Source of the DNA: Bugula neritina
Taxonomy: Eukaryota; Animalia; Bryozoa
Assembly: GCA_964035545.1 (NCBI GenBank)
Contig: OZ037766.1
Location: 23,424,767-23,488,766, forward strand
Direction: 5' to 3'
DNA: 64,000 nt
Below, one piece after another: positions 22,501 through 41,138 of the stretch (positions are counted from its first letter, which is position 1; each line of letters starts with the position of its first letter). The notes below the pieces were generated by a model. It ran no database searches, was not told the origin of the DNA, and saw only the letters and a program-made list of their open reading frames with translations. Position numbers and translations under genes: made by a program.

Positions 22501-25500
22501 AATACTAAGCATAAGCATTTCACTAAAATACCGAATGGGAGATCAACATACAATGTCTATTAGGTCCCTTCCACCTGTACATGAGCTATAGAAATCCGTA
22601 ACAAATAGAGACCTACCTACCTTGGTGATAGTATAGGAATCATATCCTCATATGTGAACCCATCAGCTACGGCTGGCTTTCCAGTTGGCAAATAAAAAGA
22701 AGCAGCAGGTTCTCCAAGCTTTCCATAAGCTTCCTCTTCCCAATCAAATATACTCCCATAGATCCATATATGGTAATTGAAACCAGGTGGCACTTTACTC
22801 TTTACTGTATGTATCTCTATAGCAACATGATGAATCATATGCATTAATGTGATTGTTCAAACAGCATATTATTGTAATGCCCAATGCTTAGCACCAGTAG
22901 AAAAATACAAAACAACTAAATCATTGCTCTCGCTGCTTCTACAGTCAAAGCACATCACATGAATCTGTGACTACTTTTTGATCCTAACAAGGAATAATTA
23001 CTCATAAGTATTCATGTAAGATCAAAACCTACTAGAGACAAGTTTGCTAATAGCAAATATTGAAATCGAATGTACATGAAATTATAAGCAGTTGATTTAA
23101 TTATCAACTGAGATAATACAATGTGATGGTACTAAAAAAGTAGGGAGTACTAACTAGAGCATCCTATAACCAAGGATTTGAATATAATATATATTATAAA
23201 GAATTTTAGCAATAAAATATATAATGTAATATAATAAAGATCAAGCATGTAATTTACCAGCATATACAAAATAAAATAATTCAAAATAATAGCTGTAATG
23301 CAAAATGAAATAATTTGTTATAGTGTAAAATAATATAATACACGAAACTCACTATTTGATCTAGAAGATGCATGACTTAGAGTAACATTGACTCTTATAT
23401 AATTCTTGTCATCTTTACCGATAAACCTGATACTGTAGTTAGCAATATCCTCTCTTTTATTATGTGTTGTGTTGGAGGAATTTAGACTGGATTTATTTTG
23501 AAATAAATTGGTGTTTAGCCAGGTTACAGTTACACTGCCGGGTTGGGAGGGGTCCACATCCACTATTGCACCATACTGGAGCTTGTAAGCTACAATGAGT
23601 TAGTGTAACAAGCTAATAGATAAAATATTGTCCCATAATGCACCAGGTACCGCAAAATCTAACAAATGGTGCAAAATTTGTCTGTACTACTGTATAAATA
23701 TAATATATATTTTTTTAAAAAAAATCATTTAGATGCAGTAGCGAAGAAATTGACATAGCTTATGTTCTTTAATTTTATTATTAAATTTTGGTTTGGGTAT
23801 ATAACTTTCTTTGCTAAATTTTTAATCTAGAACGCAAGCTTTTTTCAATTTCTCTATCACTGTACTTACCTCAGAAAAAGGTTCATATGAAATTTATTGC
23901 AACAGAGTGGAAGTCAACGTCTTACACAGATGCAAAAGGTTTTGTTTGTGAATGTTTGAAGGCAATCTTACTGTAGCAAATGTGTTCATCTGAGCCCATC
24001 CATTGGCCATAATCATTACAGGTTTTAACAATTTCATTTCTACCATCAAAGATAGAAGACCCAACAAACACATGGTGTGGGTAGCATCTTACAGTTACAC
24101 TATCTCCACTGTAGTAGATTGTTTGAGGGTTTAGTACTTCGGCTCTAACAAGATTTTTGATTTGAGGGCATTTTATACCTGCAACACAATAAATTAATAG
24201 CTTCACCTTTGTTTACACATTCCCTACTTTTAGCTGTTTACACATTTGCATTGGCAATGTTTAAGTAGTTAAATCTTTAAATATTTCATGCATACAAGGA
24301 AAACTTACATGAACACCGTAAGTTTTTCAGTAGTTACTTACGTGTGCACTGTAAATTTTGCCAGTTTAGCCACGATCCTTGAGTGTCACAATAACTATTA
24401 AAAGTTTGTTTGTAAAATGTGTCCGCCTAAAAGTATATATAAAATCTTTAGCAGCAGCTTCAAAAAGAACTATTTATTGCCATAATTTTTAAATTTTCCT
24501 TAATGGTGTAGTAAGAATAATTAACCAGACTGTACTTATAGTACATAGGTAGTTCTAGATAAGATACATACTACAGCACTGATAGGTAAGTAGCTATAGA
24601 TAAATGTGAAGACTCCATAAAGCCCATTTAGCATATCCACACAATAACAATAATAACTTTAAGTATTGAACAGGCAGAGGGATTGCAACTCCTACAGACA
24701 CTTGTCAATAACTATATTTAAACACTTGTTTTTTTCACCAAAGTTTTCAAGAAAAGAATTGCTAATCTAAATATGTCTTTGGGCTGTTTCTTTTAGTATA
24801 GCATTTAGATTATATATTATCCTATTATTTCATATCATACCCACAAAGACTAAAACAGATACAGTGAGAAACGGTGAAAGAGTTTTATATTATACCAATC
24901 TATTTTAATAATGCCAAGGCTCAGAACAGAGTTATAACAAATAAATTGAACAATTCTGCTACAAAAAAGCACCAAAAGCTTACTTAAAATAGAATTTCAT
25001 TAAAACTATATTTTAACTGCACATTACACAATAATACAGGCCTACATTTTATTTTGTTTTGAAAGCTTTACAAAATATATTTTACAAAGAATTTGACTAC
25101 GGGAACTTTTTAAGTCTATGCTGCCTTGATAATTTTTCTATTTATAATGCAGCATAAATGATATCACAAATTCTACTAAAGAATAATTCTACTGACTATG
25201 TAAGGGTAAAACTTACTAGAATACCATAACCTCCGTCACAGACCACTTGTATTTCATCATCAACAAGATAAGCTCTAGATTTATTTAGACCAACAACTCT
25301 ACCATTTGGTATCACAAGAGGGGGGTCGCTACACACCCTAGCTGAAGAAATATAGCTTTGTCAGAGAAAAATCTACATATATTATGGATGTATATATGTG
25401 GTATATATTAAATATTACAATAAAAAATGGACACAGTATTGATGTTTACGAAAATCTTACAAAAGAAGTAATATTCTCATAGTACCTTTAAATTAAATAA

Positions 25501-28500
25501 CGAACTAAAACTCATGCAATATGAAACACTACATTGAAGTTTGTCTGCTATTTCTATTACTGCAATTGCTTAAAAATGCATGCCGTGATTACCTTGCAAA
25601 ACTGTCACAGATCAGTCTGATTGACCAACTATAAAACCCGAATTTATCTATAAGCAGCTCCGAGTTGGGGGTGACTGAGTGCAGTAGTTTAGAACTTTTA
25701 ACCTTAATTCCAAACTCAAGAACCCTTAACTACATCACTCAGTTACCCCCAACTAGGAGCTGCTTATAGATCAATTCGATGACAACAGGCTTGACCAGTG
25801 CAGTTCATATTTTAATAGATAGATTAGTCAGCCAGGGTGAAGGTCTCAGATTATATTCCCACCTGTGCATTCTAATAAGGAGTCACCAACCCAAGTTTTA
25901 TTTTCTGAACAGAACAATGAGAGTTGTCTTCTTCCTGTGTATCTATCTTGGTAGCCTGGGACACACTGATATGTTAGATTGGAGCCAATAGCCTGAGCTT
26001 TGAACCCTGAAGAAATGTAGCTGTGTGCAGTGGGTTGTGGAGGTAGATCGCAAGTCTTGGCTAATAAGCAATAAAATATACGATTACTACATTAGTGTTA
26101 GTTCATTGAGAAATGGCACGATGCCTGTATGCTTAGACAATATAATATAAATGTCTTAAATTTTAGCTAATAATCATTCAGTACATAAAAAGAGGTGGTT
26201 TATAAATCCATTTAGTGCAGAGTTTACATGGATATATATCCCGATACAACCAAGAAGTAAATTATAGATTTCTATAATATTAGTTTTTGTCTATTGCTTA
26301 TAAGGACTTTTTTTGTTTAAAGTCTTGCATAAAAAAACTCTTATACTGCTTTTGTTCATAAAAAATTTCACAAGTCAACTTTTTTATTAACGACCTCAAA
26401 ACTTGTTGCTGTTGTTCAACTTTAGCTTTAAGCAGGCTAGTCAATACAGGGTTATAGGTACAGTATAAGAGAGCTGAGAATTTCTTAATGTTGTATTTAT
26501 TATACAGCAAAAAATTGTATAAGTTTATAAAGTGTTGAATGAATTGCTATTAATAAAGTTCAAACCCGAGCACTTCTAAATATTTCTTAGAAAAACTGTA
26601 AGTGTTAGATTGTAATGGGTAGTATACATCAACACTGAACATCAATTGGAGAATTGTTAACATAAATACAATAAGAGCTACACAAAATGCTTATATATAT
26701 TAAACATTCAAATCTTTAGATAAAGTTTCATAGCTTCAGAATCACTATGCAGCACTTTTAACTTTAAATAATAACACATGATGACACAGAAATCCGACAA
26801 AAATGTGAGAGCCTATAGCAAATTGTCATTTGAACTGAATCAATTTCTCAAAGAGATGTATCCATGCAGCCCCCAACTGGCCAACTTTTTAAAAACAAAT
26901 TTTGAAAACTAAAAATTGCCCAGTTCAAATTTCACCAATTGACATATAATGAACTCACGTTCACAGCTTCTCATTCCCGCAAACCCACTTCCTGTCACAT
27001 TAACAATAAGTGTCCGTACTCCGGTTTCAAACTCATGTTCCTCGTCACACTGCAGAATTAGCTTATCTCCTGGAAACACAGCATCTTGAATTCTTCTTCT
27101 TTCAGCCAGCATAGCCTCAGTAGCTAGCTCCACAACTTTAGTCTGGTTCCATAATATATGCAGGTAGCGAGATTGCAGACTAAGATAATGAAACTCTCTA
27201 CCTAGAAAAAAAACTACTAGAAAGTAAATTGTGTTTATTGTATTTTTGCAAGCCGCATACTCTTGTTAGAGAAAATAAACTCACCAATACAAATAGGTGG
27301 TCTGCTACTCCAAGTTCCATTGGGAAGGCAGACTGTAGTCATGGAAGTTTGGTTTGTTCCGTCTATTAATAGATCTGACTCACAGGTGTAGGTTAATTTA
27401 TCGCCAACGACATAAATAATTCCTTTAATAATTCTTTTGCCGCTGGTGAATGTAGAGATAAAAGAAAAGGGTCCACTCAATGGTGCTGAGCAGTTATTGG
27501 CTAAAACAGAGTGTTGGGCTTAAGCTATGGTTCTGGTGAATTTTATAGCACAAGAAGTTGCCTATTTACCGAATAAATTTAACAAAACCATCAGTAAACT
27601 TAAAAGTTAAACTAAAATGTGTAAGGCTAAGTTAAATAAAAATCTACAGTTGTATCATAGCCAGAGAAAGGTCATAACTTGAGTATAAGAAAATATTGTT
27701 GGTTTAAATATTATTAAGTTAACAACACCTCCAATTAGGTTAATTCGTTTAGGTATACTGTAAGCAAATACATACGGATGCATTGAATATTATGATAAAT
27801 CTGCCAATTAGAACTCATGTTGCATGAAAATACTGCAGCCTCATTTCCATTCACCATTCTATATCCAGTATCACAATGTATCTTAACATGTGACGGGTCA
27901 GGAAATTCTGCTGCAGCGTGCTTTACATTGTGACGGAGAAAACAGCAAAATTCTACAAAAATGTTCAAATAGCTTATAGAAAAGTTGGTTTAAAGCTTGA
28001 AGAAACTTCATAGAATAATTACTTTATAAATTTAGATACTAACCACTTTGTTCAGGTTGGTTACCATGACAACCAGTACAAAATCGATTCTTAGCTGAAC
28101 AGGGCTTCGTACGTTTCCTCACATAATTATAGCATGGCTGCCATTCTGTCCAATCAGCCCACTCCCCTAATAAACGAGAAATCGCAAAGTAAACAAACTA
28201 AGAATTTCTAATGTAAAAAACTAAGTTTTGGCCCTTTTATTTCTTCCAATTTTGATTTGATTCAGAGAAAGACAGCTGTTTACAATTAAAATACATCTTT
28301 TGTTAAAAACAACATTATAAATAAATAAAAAAAAACAAGATTTCAATAGCTACTTTTGCTATACTCTACAATATTTTGGGTACAACTGTATTTAGACTAC
28401 ATAAAGCCAATAGCTTTAAATTTTCATTAACTACAAAGCATTGTTAAAATACTAATTCTTTTAGGGGACAACAAATTAACACTAAGGCTCGTTCCTTAGA

Positions 28501-31500
28501 GGCCTCTCACCTGGAGGTATAAATGATGTGTTCTCAAGATAACACAACTCTCTTAACTCTAAGCTGCAGTCTGCTAGTATATAATGGTCAGGTGTGTTTG
28601 TATCAAGAATAAAGCACTTCCGGTTTGATGTAATAGAATTGTAATTTGCTAAGGTTGTGTTGGTATAATTCCAGTTAAACTCAGTTCCATCTAGCCACTC
28701 TATAGTTGCTGAAAGTACAGTTACAGTCACAATAAAGTCTTAGAATACCTAATAATATTTTACCTTAAATATACAGCCATGTTAAGTAATGATTAGTTGA
28801 TATGAAAAGGCTAAAATCTAAACATATAACGCATAACAGTTCAGTTTCATATTTATATTTGAGTTCCAACATGACTGTAAGCTAAAGTAGAATATTGTTG
28901 TAATAGTTGGAATGAAAATGTCATGTACTTACACCTATTATGTGCTTTGTCGTGCATTTCTAATGAATGGCCCAACCAATATCTTCCACTCAGAAGTTGC
29001 AGAAAGGTATTTTGCTCTTCTATACCCTGGAATTAGTAGAATTTCAATAACTATACCATTTATGCACAATATTATATAACTACCTATGCACACAGTAGCA
29101 AAATACCTATAATGAAAATAGTTGCAGTGCTTCCTCATTATCTCACTGAGTTGCAGTCCTGAAACATCAATTTGTGACAGAGTAGAATACTAGATTTAGC
29201 CCACGGATCCATTAAACTTAGTCATTTTGTCCTATATTCAAAACAGCCTTTCTTCTCATAAGAGCTGAATTCATGAGATATAGAGAGAGCACTACACTCA
29301 ATAACAACAAGGAATAAATAAACTAAGAGCAATGCTAATTTTTTTTCACTCTAGAAATAGCATGCCATAGTTGACTCATTGAACTATAAATCTTTTAACT
29401 GTAAGGAAGTTTTAGCTCATTGGGTTAACCCATCAGGGACAACCTAATCCATCATAAAGTGTAAATGCCAAAATTACAATATGTCAGCATTTACACCACA
29501 ATTTACTGTATCATATTGTCCATCGGTAACAGAAGGCAGTTATCATAATTATATAGAGAACATCTTACATTGAGAGGGAAATGCATTTTAAAAATTCCAA
29601 GGTCATACTCGGAGCAGAAAGCCTTGGTTCTCCTTGGCATTGGAAAAAGAGAAGCTATGACACAGCCCCCACCTAGTTTTATAGTGGCAAATGCTTCACG
29701 CATTATTTGTTGATCATCTAGAAAAACAGTAGGTGATTTTTAAATGATGCCGAGCCAGAAGGTCAGCCAGTGTCATTTCAGATAGATGACCAAATTTCAG
29801 TTGAACGACCCCCAGTTAGACGACCTCCAGTTAGATGACCCCAAATATTGCTATTAAATATAATCTGTGCAGATGATATTAAAATATATTTGACTACTTC
29901 AAAATTTAAAATTGAATGAATATAATGTAGAAGAATAGTTTAAAAAATTATATTATATTATATTATATTATTTAAGAAAAATTAGACATCTTGTGGAAAA
30001 TGACTTCAGTAAACTGTTAGAGCAGCGGTTTTAATGAGTCATACTATGCATATGGCTTCAGTTATTTATTTATGAAATCAAAATAAATGCAACTTAATAT
30101 CAAATAGGCCTATTATTAATTTTTTAATCCTTAATGTTTTTAAATAAAGTCATCTAAATGAAGGTCATTCAGTTGAAGGTGGTTTAAGTGGAATATACCA
30201 ATGATCGTTTATTTGGAATGACACTGGTTAGCCAGCGTCTATTCGCGTTCAACACAACCTCAACATCAGCCACATAAGATTATAAAATGCTCATCACTTA
30301 TGTCATTATTCTGCATTTCATTTCATAAAATTAATAAACTGATTAAAATAGCCATGTCCACTAACTTGTTAGTTTACAAGGCTGGAGGGTCTCAAGATTC
30401 CACCCCCAATACTTTTGCTGGAAGTCATAAGTGCATTCAGCTAGCTGCAAATCCTGCAATGAAACTATACAGACTACAGAGCATATAGCATAGTGTATAT
30501 AGTATAATCACCATGCTATATTATAGCACTAAATTGCATAAATATATATTCATATTAATTTATCAATATATAAATATTAATACAATGAATACATAATTTA
30601 CAGAATGATAATGTAAATACACATAAACAAATTACTGCAATATAAATCTATCATAAAATTTAGAGTTAAAAGTATTTTGCTAAAATTATTTTATTTAGAA
30701 AAGTGTTTACACAACATTCTTGGACACTTTTAATTTTTATAATGAAACATAAAAAAATAATTTCAGTCACAATGCAGTTGATTAACAATTAGCAATATAA
30801 ACAAGCTACAATATATAAGGCTATAATATGTTGAACATACAATGATATACAGTGTACTTGTATATACCATGCATAGCTCACCTGTAATCTATCATATTCA
30901 TCCCTGCAAGTGACTAGTAAGTTAGGTTGTGTGTGCCTTGATCTAACAACCTCCAAGTCCACGCTCTCAACGTCACCAACTCGACTTTTGATAGATGTTA
31001 ACAAGTTCTGCTGGAAGATTCCAGAATTATCAGACATCTCAGTCACACATGAGTCTAAAATTAACATCAATAATATCATTTAGTATATACTATAGCATAT
31101 GCTATCTGTACAATATATCAATTATGCACATATAACAGTGTACAAAATCCAACCTGTGTGCTTTTTGCTTTATACAGTATGCATGTGTGTGTCCTGTGTG
31201 TTTTGTGTGTGTGTGTCTTGTGTGTGCGCGTGTGTGTGCGTGCGCGTGCGTGCGTGGGTGCGTGGGTGCGTGGGTGCGTGCGTGCGTGCATGCGTGTGTG
31301 TGTGTGCATGTGTATGTGTATGTGTATGTGTGTGCGTGTGTGTGTGTGTGTGCGTGCAAAAGCAAGTTAAATAAGTAGTTACTAAATGCTGCATTGCTAC
31401 GTATATACTTATATTAATATTGTATATAACACACCAAATTCACAGTCAGGGAGGTTGGCTGCTTCCACTATGTTATTCTGTTCACAATTCACAACTGAAA

Positions 31501-33463
31501 CTGTATGGACATCTCTCTGATCATACAACACAATAATTACAATAACATTGTATTGAATATATATTAATGAAACTATTACACTGCTCTTGTAATTCAACTA
31601 ATGCAAGGTTGACAGAATCGTGCAGTCTGGTGCATGATACCCTGTTAGGTCATTCTGGAGTTACATTGATAAGATCCACAGCAACAGAAGTGTTTCAGTA
31701 CACTAGTACTCACAAACCAACTTAAATTATATACATATAATTATTGCTATATTATTTGTTAAATGCTGAAGCTCTCTCTCTCTATTGCAATGAGCAGTTT
31801 ACCACGGCACGTTCAGCTAATGTCAATGATTAGTACTCTGTATTAGTGGAGAAAATAAAAGTCAAAGACCGTCTTTTATAGGTAGTTTTCAATACCCTAT
31901 CAAATATATATCTAACATTAGCTTGTTACATTTTATATACTAAACATATTCTAAAAAATACAAAAAACAAGGATTTGTTTGTTAAACTTTTATATTACCT
32001 AGCTATAATATATTATTTTAGCCTATAGCACTAGAACTTTATAGGCTACACTATACGGAGCATTAGTAAGTATCACTTTATTTAATATCAAGTAGCACAT
32101 ATTATACACACATCATATGCAAATTTATACTAATGATATATATTCTACTAAACAGTGCACACTGCACAGTGTGGGCTCTGTAAAAATACCTGAGCAGTGT
32201 TGGAACATGAAAAAGAGGCAGAAATGTGGGGAGAGTCAGAGAGAGAATAACTCCAAGTTACATCAACATATTCTGTTATTGATTGGTTGAATTGACAGCA
32301 TGAAAGGAATTGCAAAAGGTCAGCATTACAATCATTGCCTAAAATTAATTTAAATAAAATTTTGTTGCCTATAACTGAAATTTGTTTACATTGTTTATGA
32401 TTCAAGTCAGTTTCTTACAATTAAATTAAGTTTATGATCATTTTATGAGAGTCATTAATCACAGAATCTTGTATTTATATACCCAGCACCAGTGGCTTAC
32501 TAGATTCTAGATTGGTGCCTTTTTCCCAATAATCAAGAACTCTGCCAGCTAGACGCTCATTATTGTTACTAGATGTAGATTCAAGAGAGCACACAGGTAA
32601 ACATGGATATGTTAGTGTGACATTTTTAACTCCTCTTCCATCACATCCGGGTGTGCCCAAAACTGGTGCCGTATACACGTGACTATCATAGTTGCTCACT
32701 GTATAATGCCAAACATTCTAGGAATGCCCACTTTGTGTAGTATTGCTTATTTCAAAAACCCAAATTTAATTGTGAAAATATGTAACAGATCTTTTGTGTG
32801 CTTCAACATTCACATAGGCATGTGAGTTGGTACATGGAAAATTTGCAATAAAACATTTTAACTTGTAAAGAGTAATTAGTAAAAAGTAGTTAAATGTTGT
32901 TTAAGTTCTTCGGTTGAATAATATTTAACTACAACTAAGTTAACTTGTCAGTTTCAAATTATTTAAGTGCAAATTATAAAGTATATAACCAGGACTATCA
33001 AAACACTAGTAACAAGTTTACTCAATTGAATTTGAAAATTAAAACTTTTCCCTTAATTCCTCAACTGATATCAACTTCATTTTATTGGTAATTGCATCTA
33101 TTTGTATATTTATGACAACACATAACAAGTGAGAGTTTAGAAATTATATCAGCTTACTGTTTACATAACAGGTGACAGCCCTTTGAAGTTCTGCAGAAGG
33201 CAAGTTGGCAGTTTGTAGAATTGAAGTTAACCATTCTAAAGATTTCCTGAAACAAATTTGTTAAGAGGTAAAATTTTGTTGCTAATCTGACACTAAGCTT
33301 ACCTGCAGCTTCCCTATTATTCAAACTTGCCATTACACATTGGAAGATGATTATCTTATAGAAGCAGAAAGGCATACTTTCGAACAACATATCTTGCATG
33401 TTATAACATGCAAGATATGAGTACATGCGAGAACAGATTACCTTATATATATACCAATGTATA

Positions 33464-33539
<76 letters not shown>

Positions 33540-33596
33540 TACTCTGTTCTGTGCTGATGAGGGGACAAATCCTGAAACAGCTGCTGTCCACAGATT

Positions 33597-33659
<63 letters not shown>

Positions 33660-34470
33660 TCAAAAGAAATTATATTAAAGTATAAGCAAATAGCTGAATT
33701 TTTGCTTACCGAGTGCCATTGAAATGAGGTGTATAAATATTAGTTTCATCCAATAGGATTAGAGATTTCTCTAAACATTGCCTTTTAGCTCTCTTCTGCT
33801 CTTCAACTGAGTCTGAAATGCTGACGATGAAGCAGTCACAATTTTCCGTGGAACAGTATGAGAGTGTAGAGCTCTCTGCATCTAAGATGACAATGTAGTA
33901 AGTACTATGGTAAGTAGCATTGTATCAGAATAGGTAATGGAATGTATAAAGCAATATAATATATATGTGTAATATAAAAATAAATAAAACAATATGATGG
34001 GCAGCGACTGGAACAGACACACTAGTGGGGTCTCGGTATAGATGGTAAGAATGTAAAAAAAACAAAATAAGGCAATAGGTAAGACATGAGCAATGTAGTG
34101 GAGATTAAAATGGCCCAATGCGAACCCCGAATATAGTCTTGTAACTTAGCTACATGTCAGAGAAAAACAATGAAGCCACCCTCTTGAACAACTAACTTGA
34201 ATTTGTCTTCTCATTTCAGCCTGCAGTATGCATTATGGTTATTATAAATATACAAAATTAATGATGTTCATGTTGAGACTATATATATAATTGCAAGCAT
34301 ACTCTTAGTCTTTCTCCTGTAAATAGACATACTCATAAAGTCAGTGATTATAATATATAAAACAGATTAAAATTCAAGCTGAAATTAAATTTCTTGTACT
34401 TACGATATATGCTGCTGCATATTGTTAAATAAACTATTAGTACAGCATTTGTGAGTTTTATTGCATGCAT
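19595..34470 (-). CDS. Large multi-exon type I membrane protein: signal peptide, Cys-rich/C-type-lectin-like region, TSP1-like repeat, several sushi/CCP domains, FN3, receptor-PTP-like juxtamembrane domain, TM helix, short cytoplasmic tail
   Basis: Signal [20 protein letters not shown] (34470-34404) splices in phase to the exon at ~33879. CTL-like EWLDG...KCFIL...[10 protein letters not shown] (~28500-28700). [10 protein letters not shown] (~28150). Sushi motifs GDKLTYTC...[14 protein letters not shown] and GDSVTVRC...CNDYGQW. FN3 SVTVTW (~23530). [13 protein letters not shown] and IGSQTC...YCNGKLK...Y.IKLRAYT. TM at ~20870-20930. The upstream exons were not all chained, so this could be two genes. 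Confidence 0.75.
23730..23868. mobile_element. MITE-like repeat, same family as 58368-58530
   Basis: tag.tgcagtag.gaagaaatt...taatctagaa...atttctc.a...ctg.ac.ta in both copies. Confidence 0.65.
25639..25778. mobile_element. Palindromic MITE-like element, ~50-bp terminal inverted repeats
   Basis: cgaatttatctataagcagctccgagttgggggtgactgagtg versus the reverse complement of the right end, cgaattgatctataagcagctcctagttgggggtaactgagtg. Confidence 0.8.
29768..30226. mobile_element. Non-autonomous DNA transposon (MITE)
   Basis: Termini CAGTGTCATTTCAGATA and TATTTGGAATGACACTG. Subterminal 15-bp repeats (cagttagacgacc). Flanks GTCAGC/GTTAGC resemble a degenerate TSD. Confidence 0.7.
31183..31356. repeat. 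Compound (GT)/(GCGT)/(GTAT) microsatellite
   Basis: Direct inspection. Confidence 0.95.
33470..33653. repeat. (TA)n microsatellite split by a ~63-bp insert
   Basis: TA runs at 33470-33536 and 33600-33653. Confidence 0.95.
33548..33594 (+). ncRNA. Minimal type I hammerhead ribozyme motif (Penelope-like element/retrozyme type)
   Basis: TCTGTG-CTGATGA-GGGG ACAAA TCCT-GAAA-CAG CTG CTG-TC-CACAGA: perfect 6-bp stem I, intact core, GUC cleavage triplet. Confidence 0.85.
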
Positions 34471-35002
34471 CAGTTTATAGCAATATCATCATACACCTGG
34501 GAGAGGCTTGTAATGTATGATTTATCCTAGCATTATAGACAATGCAAATGTGTGCATGATGTCAAACAAACCTAACATTATTGTGTTGCTTCAATTGGTT
34601 AAAGCTAATTTTATTAGTATTGTTTTGTGGCAACAATGCTGTGTAATTGCAGCATGATGCTCTAAAAATGTCTGATGGATGATACCATAGCATCATTAGA
34701 AACAAATAATAAACAAAGATAATTCAGTTTGATATGCTGGTTTGTTAACAAGAGGGTATTGTCAGGCGTATTTGCTTTAATATAGTAAATAATATAGTTA
34801 ATAATATGTCATTGGTTATTCCATCAATAGCTAAGTAGCAATCGGGGTGTCAGAAGTGGTAATTAGGAGTTGTGTTTATAAGAAGGCCGTTTATTTTACC
34901 ATTGGAAGAATGGATCAGGACATGCTCCTACCCAAATGGTATGAGCCCACTTGCACCTAAAAATGCCTCTTTGACTTTAACGTGACAATCACATGATGTA
35001 AA

Positions 35003-40688
<5,686 letters not shown>

Positions 40689-41138
40689 CTGAATGCTGCC
40701 TGCTAAGGCACATGGCATTAGCTAATAACCTTTGATGAATATACCATTATGATATATACAAAACACTGTATTATAGCCAATAAGTTACAACTAGGTTATG
40801 AGGTCATGGTATTGTATTTTTTGATTGGAATATACATTACAACCTGGTAACATTTATCATTACTTTATATTAAACAAAGTTTAATTACTATAATTATTAT
40901 TCATACCAGCAATTATATACTTTCAATAAAAAACTATTCTGAACTTTGTAATATAAATTAGTGTCAAAATCATAAAACTCATAAGCAGAGCAAATTTAGT
41001 TGAATGAAAAGGAACTGTTATGATACAAGTGGCCTATAGTGTTACACAAAGTAAGTTATTTAAAGATAGCCTAAGAGTAAATGAGTAGCGTACGCAGCAG
41101 GCAATGAAAAACTAGGGTCGACTTGGAAGCCCCCAATA

